From assembly GCA_039096225.1 (NCBI GenBank), contig JBBPEB010000032.1:992001-1056000 (forward strand): a stretch of 64,000 bases of DNA. Direction: 5' to 3'. Source of the stretch: Blastocystis sp. Blastoise. Taxonomy: Eukaryota > Protista > Bigyra: Opalinata. The notes below the pieces were generated by a model that saw only the letters and a program-made list of their open reading frames with translations, did no database searches and was not told the DNA's origin. Below, in pieces: positions 43,628 to 57,068 of the stretch. The position numbers and the translations under genes were made by a program. How positions within the stretch are numbered: the stretch's first letter is position 1; each line of letters opens with the position of its first letter.

Positions 43628-44210
43628 CACTGTCAGGCAGGGTTCGCCACGAAGACTCTCTTGGAGTACAAATTTCCTAAAAGAGCCAGTTTCATGGGTA
43701 CTTTTAGGCGCATAAGGCGTAGATAAAAACTCTCTTGGAGTACAGACTGTACTCAAAGTACAGTTTGGCGAACCTTGCTGTCAGGCAGGGTGGCCTATTT
43801 AAGAGTTTTGATTGGCTAATTTTTAAAATAGTCCAATAATTTTTCTTTAAAAAATTGACCTTCTAAAAAAGCAGGGGCCATCAGGCAGTACCTCTTAAAG
43901 CGGAAAATGGGGAAGCAAAGCGCAAAAAAGAGCCAGTTTTTAACAAATTACACTGTAAAATTTATAAAAAATTTACAAAAAATCACTAAAAAAACAAAAG
44001 AGCAAGTATAATTGTCTCAAAAAACATTGGAATTTTTTCAAAGATGGTGTTTTTGAGTTTATCTCGACATCCTAATCATAACTATAATATTTCCAAGTAA
44101 AAAAAGTCAATAGTCAAAGAGAAAATGGAAAGAATCGTTGAAACGAAAAAAACGACCTCTCAAAGCACACTTTGTGCTTCAAGCGCACTTTTGGTGGCCC
44201 CTGTAAAAAA
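43628..44210 (+). mobile_element. Probable left end and subterminal-repeat region of a CACTA-like element
   Basis: Starts CACTGTCAGGCA (compare CACTATTAGGCA at 52671 and CACTGGTAGGCA at 57069); GC-rich with direct repeats CTGTCAGGCAGGG x2, ACTCTCTTGGAGTACA x2, AAAAGAGCCAGTTT x2 and inverted GGTTCGCCA/TGGCGAACC. Confidence 0.5.
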
Positions 44211-44938
44211 GTGGTTTAGAGAAAGAATTTTTTTGAAAAACAAAAAAAAAAAAATTTTAAGTCGATATTTTTTTCTATTTTTCTTAATTCTTCTCATATA
44301 GAGTTAATATGAGCTTTTTAAGTTTATATTTAGTCAATAGGGTCTTTATTTGACAAACACAGCTGCTTTTTAGGTTTGTTTTCTTAACATTAGTGGTTTG
44401 GAAATGTTGACTTATTTTCAATAAAAAGTTGTCAAAAGGTATTCAATAGACCATGTAGAGGTGAAATATAAGTGAATTAACTTATTTTATGATATTTATA
44501 AAAAAATATTCAAAAACAAAAATTTTGCAGTTATTTTTTCTAAAATATGGTAATTTTTTCATTTCAAAAGAAAAAGCATAATTTAAAACTGGTTCTTTTT
44601 AGAGTTAGTAGAATTTCAAGAAATTTCAGAAATTTTGGAAGAGTCTTTCAGAAAATTTCTGTAATTTTTGTTTACATATAAGATTAAATAAAGAAGTCTA
44701 TAACCGTTTCTGATTATATGTTATGCTAAGGTATTCCGTTCCTCTTTGAGATTGGTTTATATTGAAACAACAACAACACATTTGAAAATGATGTATGTTT
44801 GTAATTAAGATAATCAGTAAGTATATATATAAATATAATAATGGGGTGATGTATAAACATATTATTTAATAGAAATTTGAAAATAAAAAAATAATTGTCT
44901 AATTTTGACAAAGTTTTTATAAATATTACTATTTAAGA

Positions 44939-45225
44939 TTTATTAACAATTCAGAAGCTCAATGATGTCTTTATCATCTATTCTATTGACAAAAAAAATC
45001 AGGCTGATGTATATATAGCAAATTACATCAAGTAAATAAAAGTGTTACAATCATCTCAAAACTTAAACGTTTATGTCATTTACTTTGGATAAGTGATAGC
45101 TGAGACAAAATACGTTATGAAAAACCACTCGAAGGAGGAGCTTCGATCAAAAGAATGGCAAGACTTGACAAAATTGTTTCCAAACATGAACTGTTTGCCA
45201 GTATTTATATATTATTTGACGAATG
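44939..45225 (+). pseudogene. Decayed reading frame of unknown origin
   Basis: One frame reads LLTIQKLNDVFIIYS...NYIK*IKVLQ...YFG*VIAETKYVMKNHSKEELRSKEWQDLTKLFPNMNCLPVFILFDE* with coding-like composition. Confidence 0.35.
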
Positions 45226-46702
45226 ATCTAAATAGCGGGTAATATTATTCGGAATTAACTTTTGACATATGGGACATTTATACTCTTTTTTACTCTTATC
45301 AAAGCATTTTAATGTCTCTAAACACTCATATATAGTAGACGGTAACTCTCTTTTATACAATTCCATAATATATAATAGTTTTCAAGTAATGGAATCATCA
45401 AATAACAAATATATTTAAGAGAACAAAAACACTTTTTCATCGTATTTTTCTTAATATTCCCATAATAATTGCGGTTTTTGGATGAAATGGAAAAATTCTT
45501 CCGAATTTCGTGAAATTTCAACCCTTTCGCAATTCATGAAATTCAATTTACCAACTCTATCCAAATAATAAACAAATGAACATAATTATGGATAAGGTAT
45601 ATATATATATATTCTATAACTTATTCTATAGGTTTATTATGTCATTATAAAATCAAAATAACAAAAACAACTGCAATTGGAAAGGTATGTTTTTACTCAT
45701 TTTTATTAATTATATTCTAGTCATCCAAAATATAGTATCTAGTTCAACTGTTGTCCTTTACAAAAGCTATCGTAGAAGGTATATACTTATAATTCTCTCT
45801 TTATGTTTACATTCTTACTTTTCTTTTATATAGGTATAAAATGAAACAAAGCTGCTTGTGGGGGAGGTCAGTATGTGTCAAGGTTACTTGATTACAAACT
45901 TAAATAGTTCTTTTCTTTCCTTTTCTTTTTTTCTCTTTTGTTTTTTTTCTTTTTTCATTTCTTTATTCTCTCTTTTGTAAATTAATGCTTGAAAAATTAT
46001 CCAATCGTTTTGTTTATTTTCAATATGTTTCATTGGCTGATATCAAATAAATCAACATTTTTGGTCGACTATTTATGAAGAGATTTTTAGTATTCCTGTC
46101 AATTTATCAACTTTATTATGGTCTTTCCTCGTGTTTATAACTAAGCTGAAAGGGTTCTGATTAAGTCTGATATACAAATCTTCATTTTATAGAGATTTTG
46201 CAAAAAAAACCTACCTCATAGTTTATATGAGTACAACGACGATTCTAATATATGAATATCAATTCAAATCAATCATATATTTAATATTAGCAGATTTATA
46301 AGAATAAATATCTTTCAAGGGTTTCAAAACCGGTGAAAGATTTTTGACTGTAATTTTTGAAAAACATATAATTTCTGTCACGGGTTTTTGTAAGTCTCTA
46401 CTGACAATGAAAAATAATTTGTATTAATTTTCTATTTAAATATAGTTATTTTTCATTACTGTTACATGGATAAAAAAACCATGTTGAATAAGTATCTAAA
46501 ATTACTAATATTGTCGTTAAAAGAATAAAAATAAAAGGTAATTATTAAAGTAAACTATTAATTTCAATAATAACAAATATATAATAATGAAATAATAATA
46601 TTGCAACACCAAAAATAACTTTAGTGGAAAATAATAATATTGTCAATAGAATAAATTATTCTAGTGAATGTTACTTTATATTTTGTTTATATATATATGG
46701 TT

Positions 46703-48356
46703 TTAATGATATTTACCATCATTTAAAAAATTTTGTGTTACATTAGCTTTTATATAATTTATAGGAATGAAACCAATTGATTTATAATAATCATAGACAT
46801 CATAATATGATTTTTGTTTAATTAATAATGACATATCAGGAATTTGAATGTTACGATAACTTTTTAATGTAACAACTTGATTATTTGAAGAATAATTGGA
46901 ACGAAAAGCATCATAATGTGTACTTTTTGTAGGAATACTAGTAGTATAACTTTTAGTTCCACATTCAATATTATTTGTTGTGCAAAAACCAATATCTTCA
47001 CCAAATGATAAAGTATATAATTTATATCTAAGAAATATTTTTGACATTTTTGGAAAGAAAAAGATAATGTTTCCAACATGATCAAATCTATTCTCAATAT
47101 TTTCATAATCTCTTTCAAGAAAACGTCCATTAGGAGCAAAATAATTAAATTCTCCAAATTTTCCATAAATAACATTATTATTACCTAGAAGATTTGTTAC
47201 ATTCTTTAAAATATCATGTTCAGCAAGAAAATAGTCATCATCAATAGCCATAACATATTTTGTATCAAAAATAGAAGAAGTATAAAGTCTAGCATGATAT
47301 TTCATATTCCAATTTGGAGACCATATATAATATACAGGAAATTTCCTATTTTTAAATATTTTACTTGGTATTTCAACATAATGAAGACTTTGAAGAATAA
47401 CTAAGTATTCAGGTAGACTATTTTGAAGTGATAATCCTTGAATCATTTTTCTTATATTATCTCTTTTATAAACTGGAGTTACAACTGAAATTGAAGGATT
47501 TTTAAAATTATATAATGGATAGCATTTAAATGAATGTATTGAATAATTAGTATAATCTAAATTTGTATTTCTATCATTAGTAAAGAAACGAAGAGATATG
47601 TTTTGCTTTTGATCTTTTAAATAAGAATAAATAGTATTCATTACTGAAGGAGATTTTACATTTATTGTTGTATATGTTAATAATTTACGAATCCATTTTT
47701 GTTTTATTATTAAACATCCTGATAATGATTTATTATCATAATTATTATTATTATAAGATTCTGATATTATACAAGAAAATAAATCGATTTGATTATTTTC
47801 TAATGAATATATTGTTTCATCTAACCAATCTGTAGTCATTTGATTTTGAATTTGAGTATTAATTTCATTTTCATCAATATAGAATACATAATCTTCTTCA
47901 TAATAAATAGATAACATGAAAGCATAATGGTCTAAATCATCATAATTTTGAAAAATACAATAAGGAAATGAAAAATCATTACAAATTGTATTTTTATAAT
48001 TAATAGACTTAAAATTATTGTTTTTATCTCTTTGAATGATAAATATTTGATCAAATAATGATGTTCCATTATAAAATGTAGTAATATCAAGCGTATTATT
48101 TGTAATATTATTTGTTTGAATGACTAAGGCTATTTTTCGTAAAGAACCTGAAAAATTGTAATTAACATCTATATAAAAGAATAGTATTTTTTATACGATT
48201 ATTAATTAAGTTTAAAATACATTTATTTGCTTCATTTTTTCGATTTAAATAATTACTCTTATATACTTGAGAAATATTTGATAAAAAACTACCTTGATAA
48301 TATATAAAAAGAAAAACACCAAAATAATAAACAAATATTTTAAAAAATATCTTCAT
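46703..48356 (-). CDS. Type II membrane GT-A-fold glycosyltransferase (GT2-like), 2 exons
   Basis: N-terminal TM anchor (MKIFFKIFVYYFGVFLFIYY); one in-phase intron (~48170-48221) joins the 404-aa ORF; ISVVTPVYKR, AIDDD (DxD) and GED motifs. Confidence 0.8.
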
Positions 48357-50664
48357 TCGCAAGACATTACTTTAAGTAATGATAAATAAAATAAGAAAAA
48401 GTTTGTGGCTATCAGATATACATATAATGTAATAGATAAAAATTGAAAATATCCTGATTCTTTTTAAATATTTTTTCATGTATTATTAAATAAAATATTA
48501 AAAAATTAATACATAAAAACTCAAGTATTTTCGTGTATAATTATATATTTTTTATAACTATATGCTCTTAAAGTGTCACAAAATCTACATTTTTCCCAAT
48601 ATCTGACCTTCTTATAAAACAAATAAATTAGGGGGGAATTTATATATTAATAGTAGTTATTTTTGAATTACCGAAATTTTGAAATGTTTTCATATTTGTA
48701 AGAGTTATTTTTCTAATTAAAAAGTTTTCATACATTATATATATCAAAATTCCTATGAAATATTTTTAATAAAAAGAACCGATTTTGGCACAAAGGTCAG
48801 ATTTTGTGAAGGCATTTTATTATTTAATATTTTTGAATTCAAGAATATATGTCTTTGTTTTAAATTTTATTTTGATAATTATTTTACGTAATGGTTTACA
48901 GTATTGAATTTTTATAATATATATGATCATTTTTGTCAAATATGAAAAAGCTTGTATGATAAACAATTGTATTTTATTGTTTTGATTTATTAATCAAATG
49001 ATGAAAAAGTTCTATAACGATGGACTACTACTTTAGAATTCTAAGAAAATATCAATTATATCATAAAATTTAATTTGATCATCCTTACATTCTAAGAAAA
49101 TAATTTGTGATTCTTGATTTTTAAGAACAATATAAAATTTTTAATTCACTTTTTATGGATTAATATACAACTGAAGTCTTATCTTTTTAATAAAATGTAA
49201 TTAAATATTTTAAAAGACTCTTGATAATGCAAATATTCATTTTAAATATATTATATTATTATGTGAATAATTCTTTTGTTTTTGTAGATATTATTAAATT
49301 TTCTTTCTTTTTGTAATAATATCTTAATTTACTATTTACACTTCATTTAGAGTTTACTAATAAACTTAAAATTAATACTAATTTTAATGAATAAAATTTA
49401 TATATTATCAATCGAGCCCTTGCATAAGCATTACGGCATTTTATAGGTAAATCTTTAAACACATTTCAAGTTTTTTATAATAAATTAAATAAAACGTTTT
49501 TTTATCATAAAAAAAAATACAAACTCGGTGATATTAAAAGTGATTCAAAAAGAAAATTAGTTTTTTTAAGTAACTTCAATCAAATATTCAGAAAAACTAG
49601 TAAGTTGTACATTCATTATATTTTGTTTCAAAATCCGTGAGTGTTAAAAAAAACGCTTTATGCAAGACTTAATATGGCTGAATATAAAAATGTTCTTTCT
49701 ATAATGTCTAAAATAATATTTTTTTATTTATTTCTGTATAGAAAAAGCTGAGGTAAGTGACTGAATACATTATATAATGTTTACCAATTTGTTCTTCTTG
49801 TAAAATATTTATATAATACAATACTATTTGTCCAACAGACAATATTTTTATAATTATTTTTTATATACAAAAGTTTCTAGAAACCTTAATATATATATAT
49901 TATTTAATGAATCTATTTTTTCAATGGTAGATTTCTAGAATGTTAGAAGAATTTTTTGTTTAGAAAAATATCAAACTTATGTTGAAATTTCCAACCATTT
50001 GCTTTAAATAATAAAATATTGCATTTTATTATTATATAATTATTTTATTAAAATATTTTTTTTGCACTTTTGTAGAAATGACAGCGTTTTATAGGATGTA
50101 TATAAAATAAAATGGTTCTTTGTAATAATTCTCATTTTTGAATATTATATTTATAAATTTATTCAACTTATCTTTTCTTTTTGATATATATTTTTGGCTT
50201 ATGGCTATAATTTGTCAGTATTTTTACAATTGTTAAATCAAAAGTAAAAATAAATATCAATGTGTAATATATATTATGAAGCGGCTGTCATTTGATACTT
50301 AAATGTTAATAGTCTTCAAAAGTTATAAAAAAAAATCTATAAATTATATGTTAATAAATATATATTTTTTAATATTAATTCATTTTTATATGAAAAATTT
50401 ACATTTCATAATTTTAGTGTTTTAATATAAATTGTTTTTATTGAATAATATTTTATTAATAATTTATTAATAAATAACATATATATATATATATTTTCTT
50501 TTTATATATTTTTGAATTATAATAATTTTAGAATAAATAGATTATATTACAAAAATTAATTATAAATCTCTTTTGGCATTTTTAAATATATAATTAAAAA
50601 AAAACAAAATTTTTCAATATTTTTTTTAACGAAAAATTGCTTAATGGTGAAACTCTTTCAACTA

Positions 50665-50667
<3 letters not shown>

Positions 50668-50738
<71 letters not shown>
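50668..50738. repeat. (TA)n microsatellite
   Basis: Uninterrupted TA run. Confidence 0.95.
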
Positions 50739-50743
<5 letters not shown>

Positions 50744-52670
50744 TATATAAATATAAAAATAAACAATTTAAGGATTGAAATTTAAAAAATATATTATTAA
50801 AAATTAAAAGATAGCAAGATTATGCATTACAAGAAAAGTAATATCGCTAATAAGTATCATTAATGAAATATATTTTGAAAAGAATTCTTAAAATTACTTT
50901 TTCTATTATTTAAAAAAAATATACAATTATTTGAATGATAACATGTTTTGTTCAATTAATTTATCATAATTTTTATTTCAATAAAAAGCTTTATTTACTT
51001 TTATATTTTTTTCAAAAATAAAAAAATACCATTAACAATTCAGTTAAAACATTAAAAATAATTAATAAATTAATTTGAAAAATATAAAATATGGAAAAAG
51101 CTATATCATAAAAAATATGTTAATTCATTATGATTCAATAGAATTTGATATTCTTTGTCAATATATATTCAGGTATTCTATCTGGATGACACTATGAGGT
51201 ACTTTTAATTTTGACACATATTGTTAACAATTTGTAATTATGTATTTTGTCAGTTTTCTTGAAAAGACAAAATGTCTTATAATAAAAATACAAAACTAGA
51301 CTTTTATTCAAATTATTATTTGAAACATCATATATTCATTTCATAAATATTTTGATGCAAATTTTATTATTAATCTTTCTTGTCTTTTAAATTAATATTT
51401 TGTTGAACAGTTATATAAATTTTTTAATATTTCATGAATAAATCATAGAGCTTCAATATATTTAAAAAACAATTTCATTTATTTCATTTGTTTATTTTAA
51501 TAATAGAAAGATTTTATAATTTTATCATTTGTTTCTTTTTGTTTTTTTAAATAATTAAGACTAAGTCCATCACATGAAGTAGCATAAAATATGAGATTTA
51601 AGTGATAAATCTTCAATTATTTTCATTCTATTGATGATGATATAAAAAAATAATATTTTAATATATATAAATATTTATGTATCTAATTTTTTCTAAAAGC
51701 AAAAAAATATATATAATTAAAAAGTTTTTCAATAAAAGGCTATATTTTTGTATAAAATTATAAAAAAAAATGATGAGAACATTTCCCGTAATTCCTGACA
51801 AATGTGATAAATAAATTTAATAAACTTTAAACATGACTTAATATGAATAAATATGAAATAAAATTAATGTTGATATCAGCAAAATTGTTATATACTTTGT
51901 GACATTTACTTCATCATAATAAAAGAACATTTTGATGCCTTTAAATCAAGTAATATTTTTTTGTTTTTTATGTATCATACTTTATTTCTGTAAGAATTTG
52001 ATTTCTTCACTATAATTTATTTTGACTGTAATTGCATAATATAAGCTTGGATACCATGTAACTTATTATTTTGTTCTAATATATCATTCATATATATATA
52101 AATAAAATTTTTAGTCATTTTTAAGCAATCCATATGTTTCAACAGAATTTCGGAACAAATTTTCATCAATAAAATTAATTCAAATTCCGTATATATAAGT
52201 TATCAATTAATTATTAACCTAATATATATATAATTACAAATATTCTCTTTTTATTTGCTAAACATTTATATAGAAAATATAAAGATCACAATTCTTCTTT
52301 CATAGTTTTTTTGAAATATTTAAAAGTAACTATAAATTGGATAATTTCAATCAATGTTACATAATTACTTATTAATATTTTCAATTCATCTCTGCCTATA
52401 TTTACTTTATTATTTGTACGAAATGGTATTCACAGAAATTTATCTAAAAATTTTGTTATTTTGTTGAATACACTACAACTATCATGTGGTAATTGATAAG
52501 TATTATTATATTTTTTCAATTTATTTTTTTTTCATATAGATATTGCAATGTTGAGTAATTTGATTTTTTTTTTTCTTTTTATTATTATTATATTACATAT
52601 ATAATAAAATTATTCAAAAACATGTTTTGTATTTGTTGTATTTCTTTTTTTGAAATTTATTATATATATT

Positions 52671-52767
52671 CACTATTAGGCACTTTTGACCTTTTAGAAT
52701 AAATGATTGGAAAAATTTACATTTTTATCCAATCATTTTTCTTAAAACGCCAAAATGCCTAATAGTG
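52671..52767. mobile_element. CACTA (En/Spm)-type foldback MITE, 97 bp
   Basis: Begins CACTATTAGGCA, ends TGCCTAATAGTG, flanked by ATT on both sides (52668-52670, 52768-52770); almost entirely palindromic including AAATGATTGGA/TCCAATCATTT. Confidence 0.8.
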
Positions 52768-53220
52768 ATTTATTCAATTATTCTACAAGTCGCTATTTCA
52801 AAGAATTTTATTGTTAATTATACCTTTGGAAAATATTAAGATTTAAAGAAAATGATAGTATTTTCTTCAGGATACTTAACCAAACTTACACAAATCAAAT
52901 ATTATTGTGTTTAAATATTTGGAAGATAATTGACTTAGGATGTAGTAAATTGAAAAACTTTACTCAAGATATTCTAACAACTAATTGACCTATTGTTCTA
53001 ATTATAATTGAGTGTGTCGAGTCAATTCTTTTTCGATTTACAGCTTCATTTGTCAATTTAATATGCTTTTGAATTTTTTTATGATACTTAAATAATCGAT
53101 ATAAAAGAGAAATATGTAAAAACATTTTATTCTTTGTTTTAGCATAATTTTAATATTTTTTTTTATGTACCATTATTTTTTTATTCCTTCTTATTATTTG
53201 AGAGCAACATTAATTTTGTT

Positions 53221-53378
53221 ATTTATTATGTGACGTCACCATTTAATTATTTATTTATTATGTGACGTCAGATTTAATTAATCATTTATTAGGTGACGTC
53301 AGATTTAATTAATCATTTATTAGGTGACATCAGCATAAAATTCTTTATTTATTAGGTGACGTCACCATTTAATTATTT
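53221..53378. promoter_or_regulatory. Tandem array of five CRE/ATF-type sites in a 31-32-bp minisatellite
   Basis: TGACGTCA at 53231, 53263, 53294, 53357 and TGACATCA at 53325; regulatory role inferred. Confidence 0.6.
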
Positions 53379-54741
53379 TTGTTGTTAGGAAATTATTATA
53401 AAACTGAGATATAGTTAAATATTGCTATACTATATATAATTAAATAATTTTTATTGTATAATATTATCAATAATGAAAAAAGTTTGTATTATAGAAAATA
53501 TAAGAATCTTGTAGAATGAATTAAAATGAATTATATAGATATTTAAAAAAATAAAGTTGACGAAAAAGTATATTAAAGTATTATGTAATTAAAATAGAAA
53601 ATATCTCAAAATTTATTTAAAAAGAAACAATAAATTGTTAATAATAAATTAAATAGTTAGGTTTTAATGTTGTTATAATTCTCGTTGTGCAACGAAAAAT
53701 TACGTAATTAAGGTTTTTGTAACGCAATAGCTGCGCAATGAGAGTATCGTTCTGGGTAGATTTTCAAATTTCAAATTTCTTTTTTGAGGAAGAAAAAACA
53801 GTAATTTATGTTTATTATTTTTCATATTTTAGAAGTCAAGATCAAGAAAGAATTAGGTAATCTGGTGGTGATAATACATCAGAATAGTACTGTAGTATGA
53901 CTAAGAAATACTACGAAATAAAAAAAAGGAAAAATATATATGACTATTTTGAAAGGATTATGTTGATTAATAGATGATAAGGTTTTGAAGCCATGCATTT
54001 TCTGAACGTTAGTAATAATATGAAACAAATAGATAATAATTTTTTTCTTTATGTGAGTGAAAATAAAGACTTATAAAGATGCTAACATCTTATCAGATAT
54101 ATTTCATTGAATATATATATATATATATCTTTGTTTTATAGTGATATATACATATTAACGCACCACATGTCACATTACTTACATCTACGCGATTCATTTA
54201 CTATGTGTCAACACCAAAAGAAATTCTCAAGTTTATATCGAAAATAGCTCGAATATATATTTAATATAATATATTATCAAATTAATAATAAATTACAAAT
54301 TTTAATCGTTAAGTAATTAAAAAAATATGTTTTTGTTGTTGCGTAAACAGTGCGCCTTTTTTTGACAACAATTTTATATTTGCAAACAAAAAAAGTTAAA
54401 CCATTGTATTTCAGTAAAAGGAGACTTTTTTAATAAATGTAAAATGAACATTTATGATTATTTAATAATATAGAATGAATTAATATAATTTATTGGAATT
54501 TTATTTAAAAAATCAAATTGTTTTTACAAAATTCATGTATAGCTAATTATAGATAAATATGATCAAGAATACTTTGATTATTATCTTCTAATTCGCAAAA
54601 TACATGATTACTATAGAATTATAATAGCAAATAATGATAAACATAAATTAAAATAGTTGAATAATATTCATTATATTTACATTATGGAACAAAATAATTT
54701 GCAACAAGAGAACAAAAGTATAAACAATATTTAATAGATAA

Positions 54742-55118
54742 CACATTCAAGTAGAATTGTTAAATGGTACAAATGAAGGAAACAACACAAAAAACAAAAA
54801 TCAAGCTAGTGATAGCAATGAATAGTATGAAACAAACAAAATATTATTATATTTTAGTAAAGAATATTGTGATGCGACTATTATTAATAAGAAAATATCA
54901 AAAAAAAGTATATAAATAATAATTGTTCTATATATCTAGGAACAACGTCGAGCAGAATTTATTCTCGAAGATACAGACTTCGTCTTAAAAACAAGATAGA
55001 AAAGTTAAGTACAGAAAATGAAGAATATTTACGTGTAATTAAAGATTTACTAGCAAATTGTATTAATATTAAGAAAACTATTGATTATTTGTTAGCTGAT
55101 TCTAGTATAGAGAAGTGA
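54742..55118 (+). CDS. bZIP-like protein, 3' exons; 5' end unresolved, possibly a pseudogene
   Basis: Introns 54825-54857 and 54908-54939 join ...SNEYKEYCDATIINKKISKKRTTSSRIYSRRYRLRLKNKIEKLSTENEEYLRVIKDLLANCINIKKTIDYLL...*; fits [N>S]-x7-R-x9-L-x6-Y-x6-L-x6-I-x6-L. Confidence 0.55.
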
Positions 55119-56628
55119 TTTAAAAGTCTAAAATATATTGAACATTTATATTTTATAGATAGATGTCATAAATAATTATATCATTAAGAAATGATATCAC
55201 AAATATAAAATATTATATAATTTTTTTTTAATTGTTTTAACATGCTATTTTAATAAATATTCAATATTTTTTGTTAAAACCTACAAATAATAAAAGAAAA
55301 TAAATGTAAAACAAAACATAAATTATAAGAAAAGAATCAATGAAAGAATTTTCAAGACGATGATGAATTATATTATATTGAAATATATAGTTTTGATGAA
55401 CAAATGAATTTTTAAGTCTAGATATAATATTGAAAAATATTTCTTAATAATAAAAAAACAAATTAATTATATCAAACGCAAATCTATATGAACAAAGTAT
55501 TCATTATAATTGATATATCTTTTCTTCAAAATTTGGTTGAATCAAAAATTCATCACTTGATTTTAATATTTTTATAATATCATCAAATTTACTCTGAAGT
55601 CTTTGCAATATATAATGATAATAAGCATTTTTTTTGCATATATCGTTGTTTTTTCTTTTTTGTCTTATTCTGAATTCATTAGAATACCTTTTACTTTGTA
55701 ATTTTTCTTTACAATAAAGTCATAATTAATATATATGTACTTTTTTCTTTTTTATCATCTATATTTAGTTTTTTTATAATTGACGGCGTTCTAAAAAAAT
55801 ATTTATATATTATATATAATTACTTTTGAGTACTAGTTTCAACATAATTTTGATTATTATTTGATTTATATATACTATTTTCATCTAACATAATATTAAA
55901 TAATTTTATGTATAATATATTAATAATTTACTATTTTGAATCGAATTATTCATTTTTTATATAATATATAAAACCTAATATATATCAGAATATATAAACA
56001 GTAATTGCTAAAAAAAATATAAGTCATATAATTTTTTAAATTCAATTATTAGACAATAAATGTTGTAACTCTCATATTTCTATTTCTATAAACAATAATT
56101 AAAAAAATAGAAACAATATATATATGTTTTTTATGGGAAACTTGCTATATTTCTAAAAAGCAACTATATTACATGATAATAATAATATAAGTTGTAGAAA
56201 ATATTATTTAATAAATGATTAAATATATTTAAAAACATTTTATACTTTTTTTAATAGTTTTCTGTTTCCTCTCAACATTTTGTGACAATTGAGAAGGCTT
56301 CCATAAAAATAGCTTTATTCAGATTTATTATGATTCAACATTATAATATGTTTTTATTTATTAAAAATATAAGAAAGTGTCATTTTTTAAGATAAATTCC
56401 AAAGAGGCAAAAAATAAAATCTTAGGGAAAATATTAACAAAAGAGAGCATGAATTCATTGTTTATGTTAAGATCATAAATGTTATATTCTTTTTATCTTT
56501 ATATATTTCAACAACAAAAACTTAATTATTATAAAAAACAAAACAATAAAATAAAAGATCTATAATTAATAAATTTGTAATTACATTAATCATGAAATAA
56601 TAATAATAATCAAGAAAAATAGATTAAT

Positions 56629-57068
56629 TTAGTGATATTTACCATCACCAATTATTTTATGCTTTATATTTCTTCTTATATAATTCATAGGAATAAAACC
56701 AATTGATTTATAATATTCATATACATCGTATATCGACTTTTGTTCTTCTAATAAGGACATATCAGGTACTTTTATATTATGATAGCCTTTCAATTCCATA
56801 ATTTTATTAGAAGAATAGTTTGAACGAAAAGAATCATTCTGAGTATTCTCAGTTGGAACAGACGTTATATAACTTTTAGTTCCACATTCAATATTATTTG
56901 TTGTACAAAATCCAATATCTTCACCAAATGATAATGTATACAATTTATATCTTAAAAATATTTTTGACATTTTTGGAGAATAAAAAATAACATTTCCTAC
57001 ATGATCATATCTATTATATTTGTTTTTTGTTCTGTTAAGAAGAGTTCCATTAGGAGAAAAAAAATTAA
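56629..57068 (-). pseudogene. 5'-truncated paralog of the 46703-48356 glycosyltransferase (C-terminal ~146 codons only)
   Basis: Shares PKMSKIFLRYKLYTLSFGEDIGFCTTNNIECGTKSY and DGKYH*; homology stops at 57068, so the DxD motif and TM anchor are absent. Confidence 0.85.

Noticed and set aside
43523-43756. 77-aa ORF MSTVCTPREF
   Set aside because: Non-ATG start, overlaps the repeat-rich GC island, no recognisable motif
45588-45890. Small spliced gene on + with GT-AG-like borders
   Set aside because: No consistent open frame across the putative exons
48574-48810. Short inverted matches TCACAAAATCT and ATCTGACCTT
   Set aside because: Only 10-11 bp, split on the left side, no TSD; may be old transposon debris but not supportable
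49414-49671. Imperfect inverted repeat CTTGCATAA/TTATGCAAG
   Set aside because: Too short and degenerate for such AT-rich DNA, no TSD identified
53221-53378. CRISPR-like regularly spaced repeat
   Set aside because: Spacers are near-identical rather than unique, the period is only 31-32 bp, there are no cas genes and the context is eukaryotic
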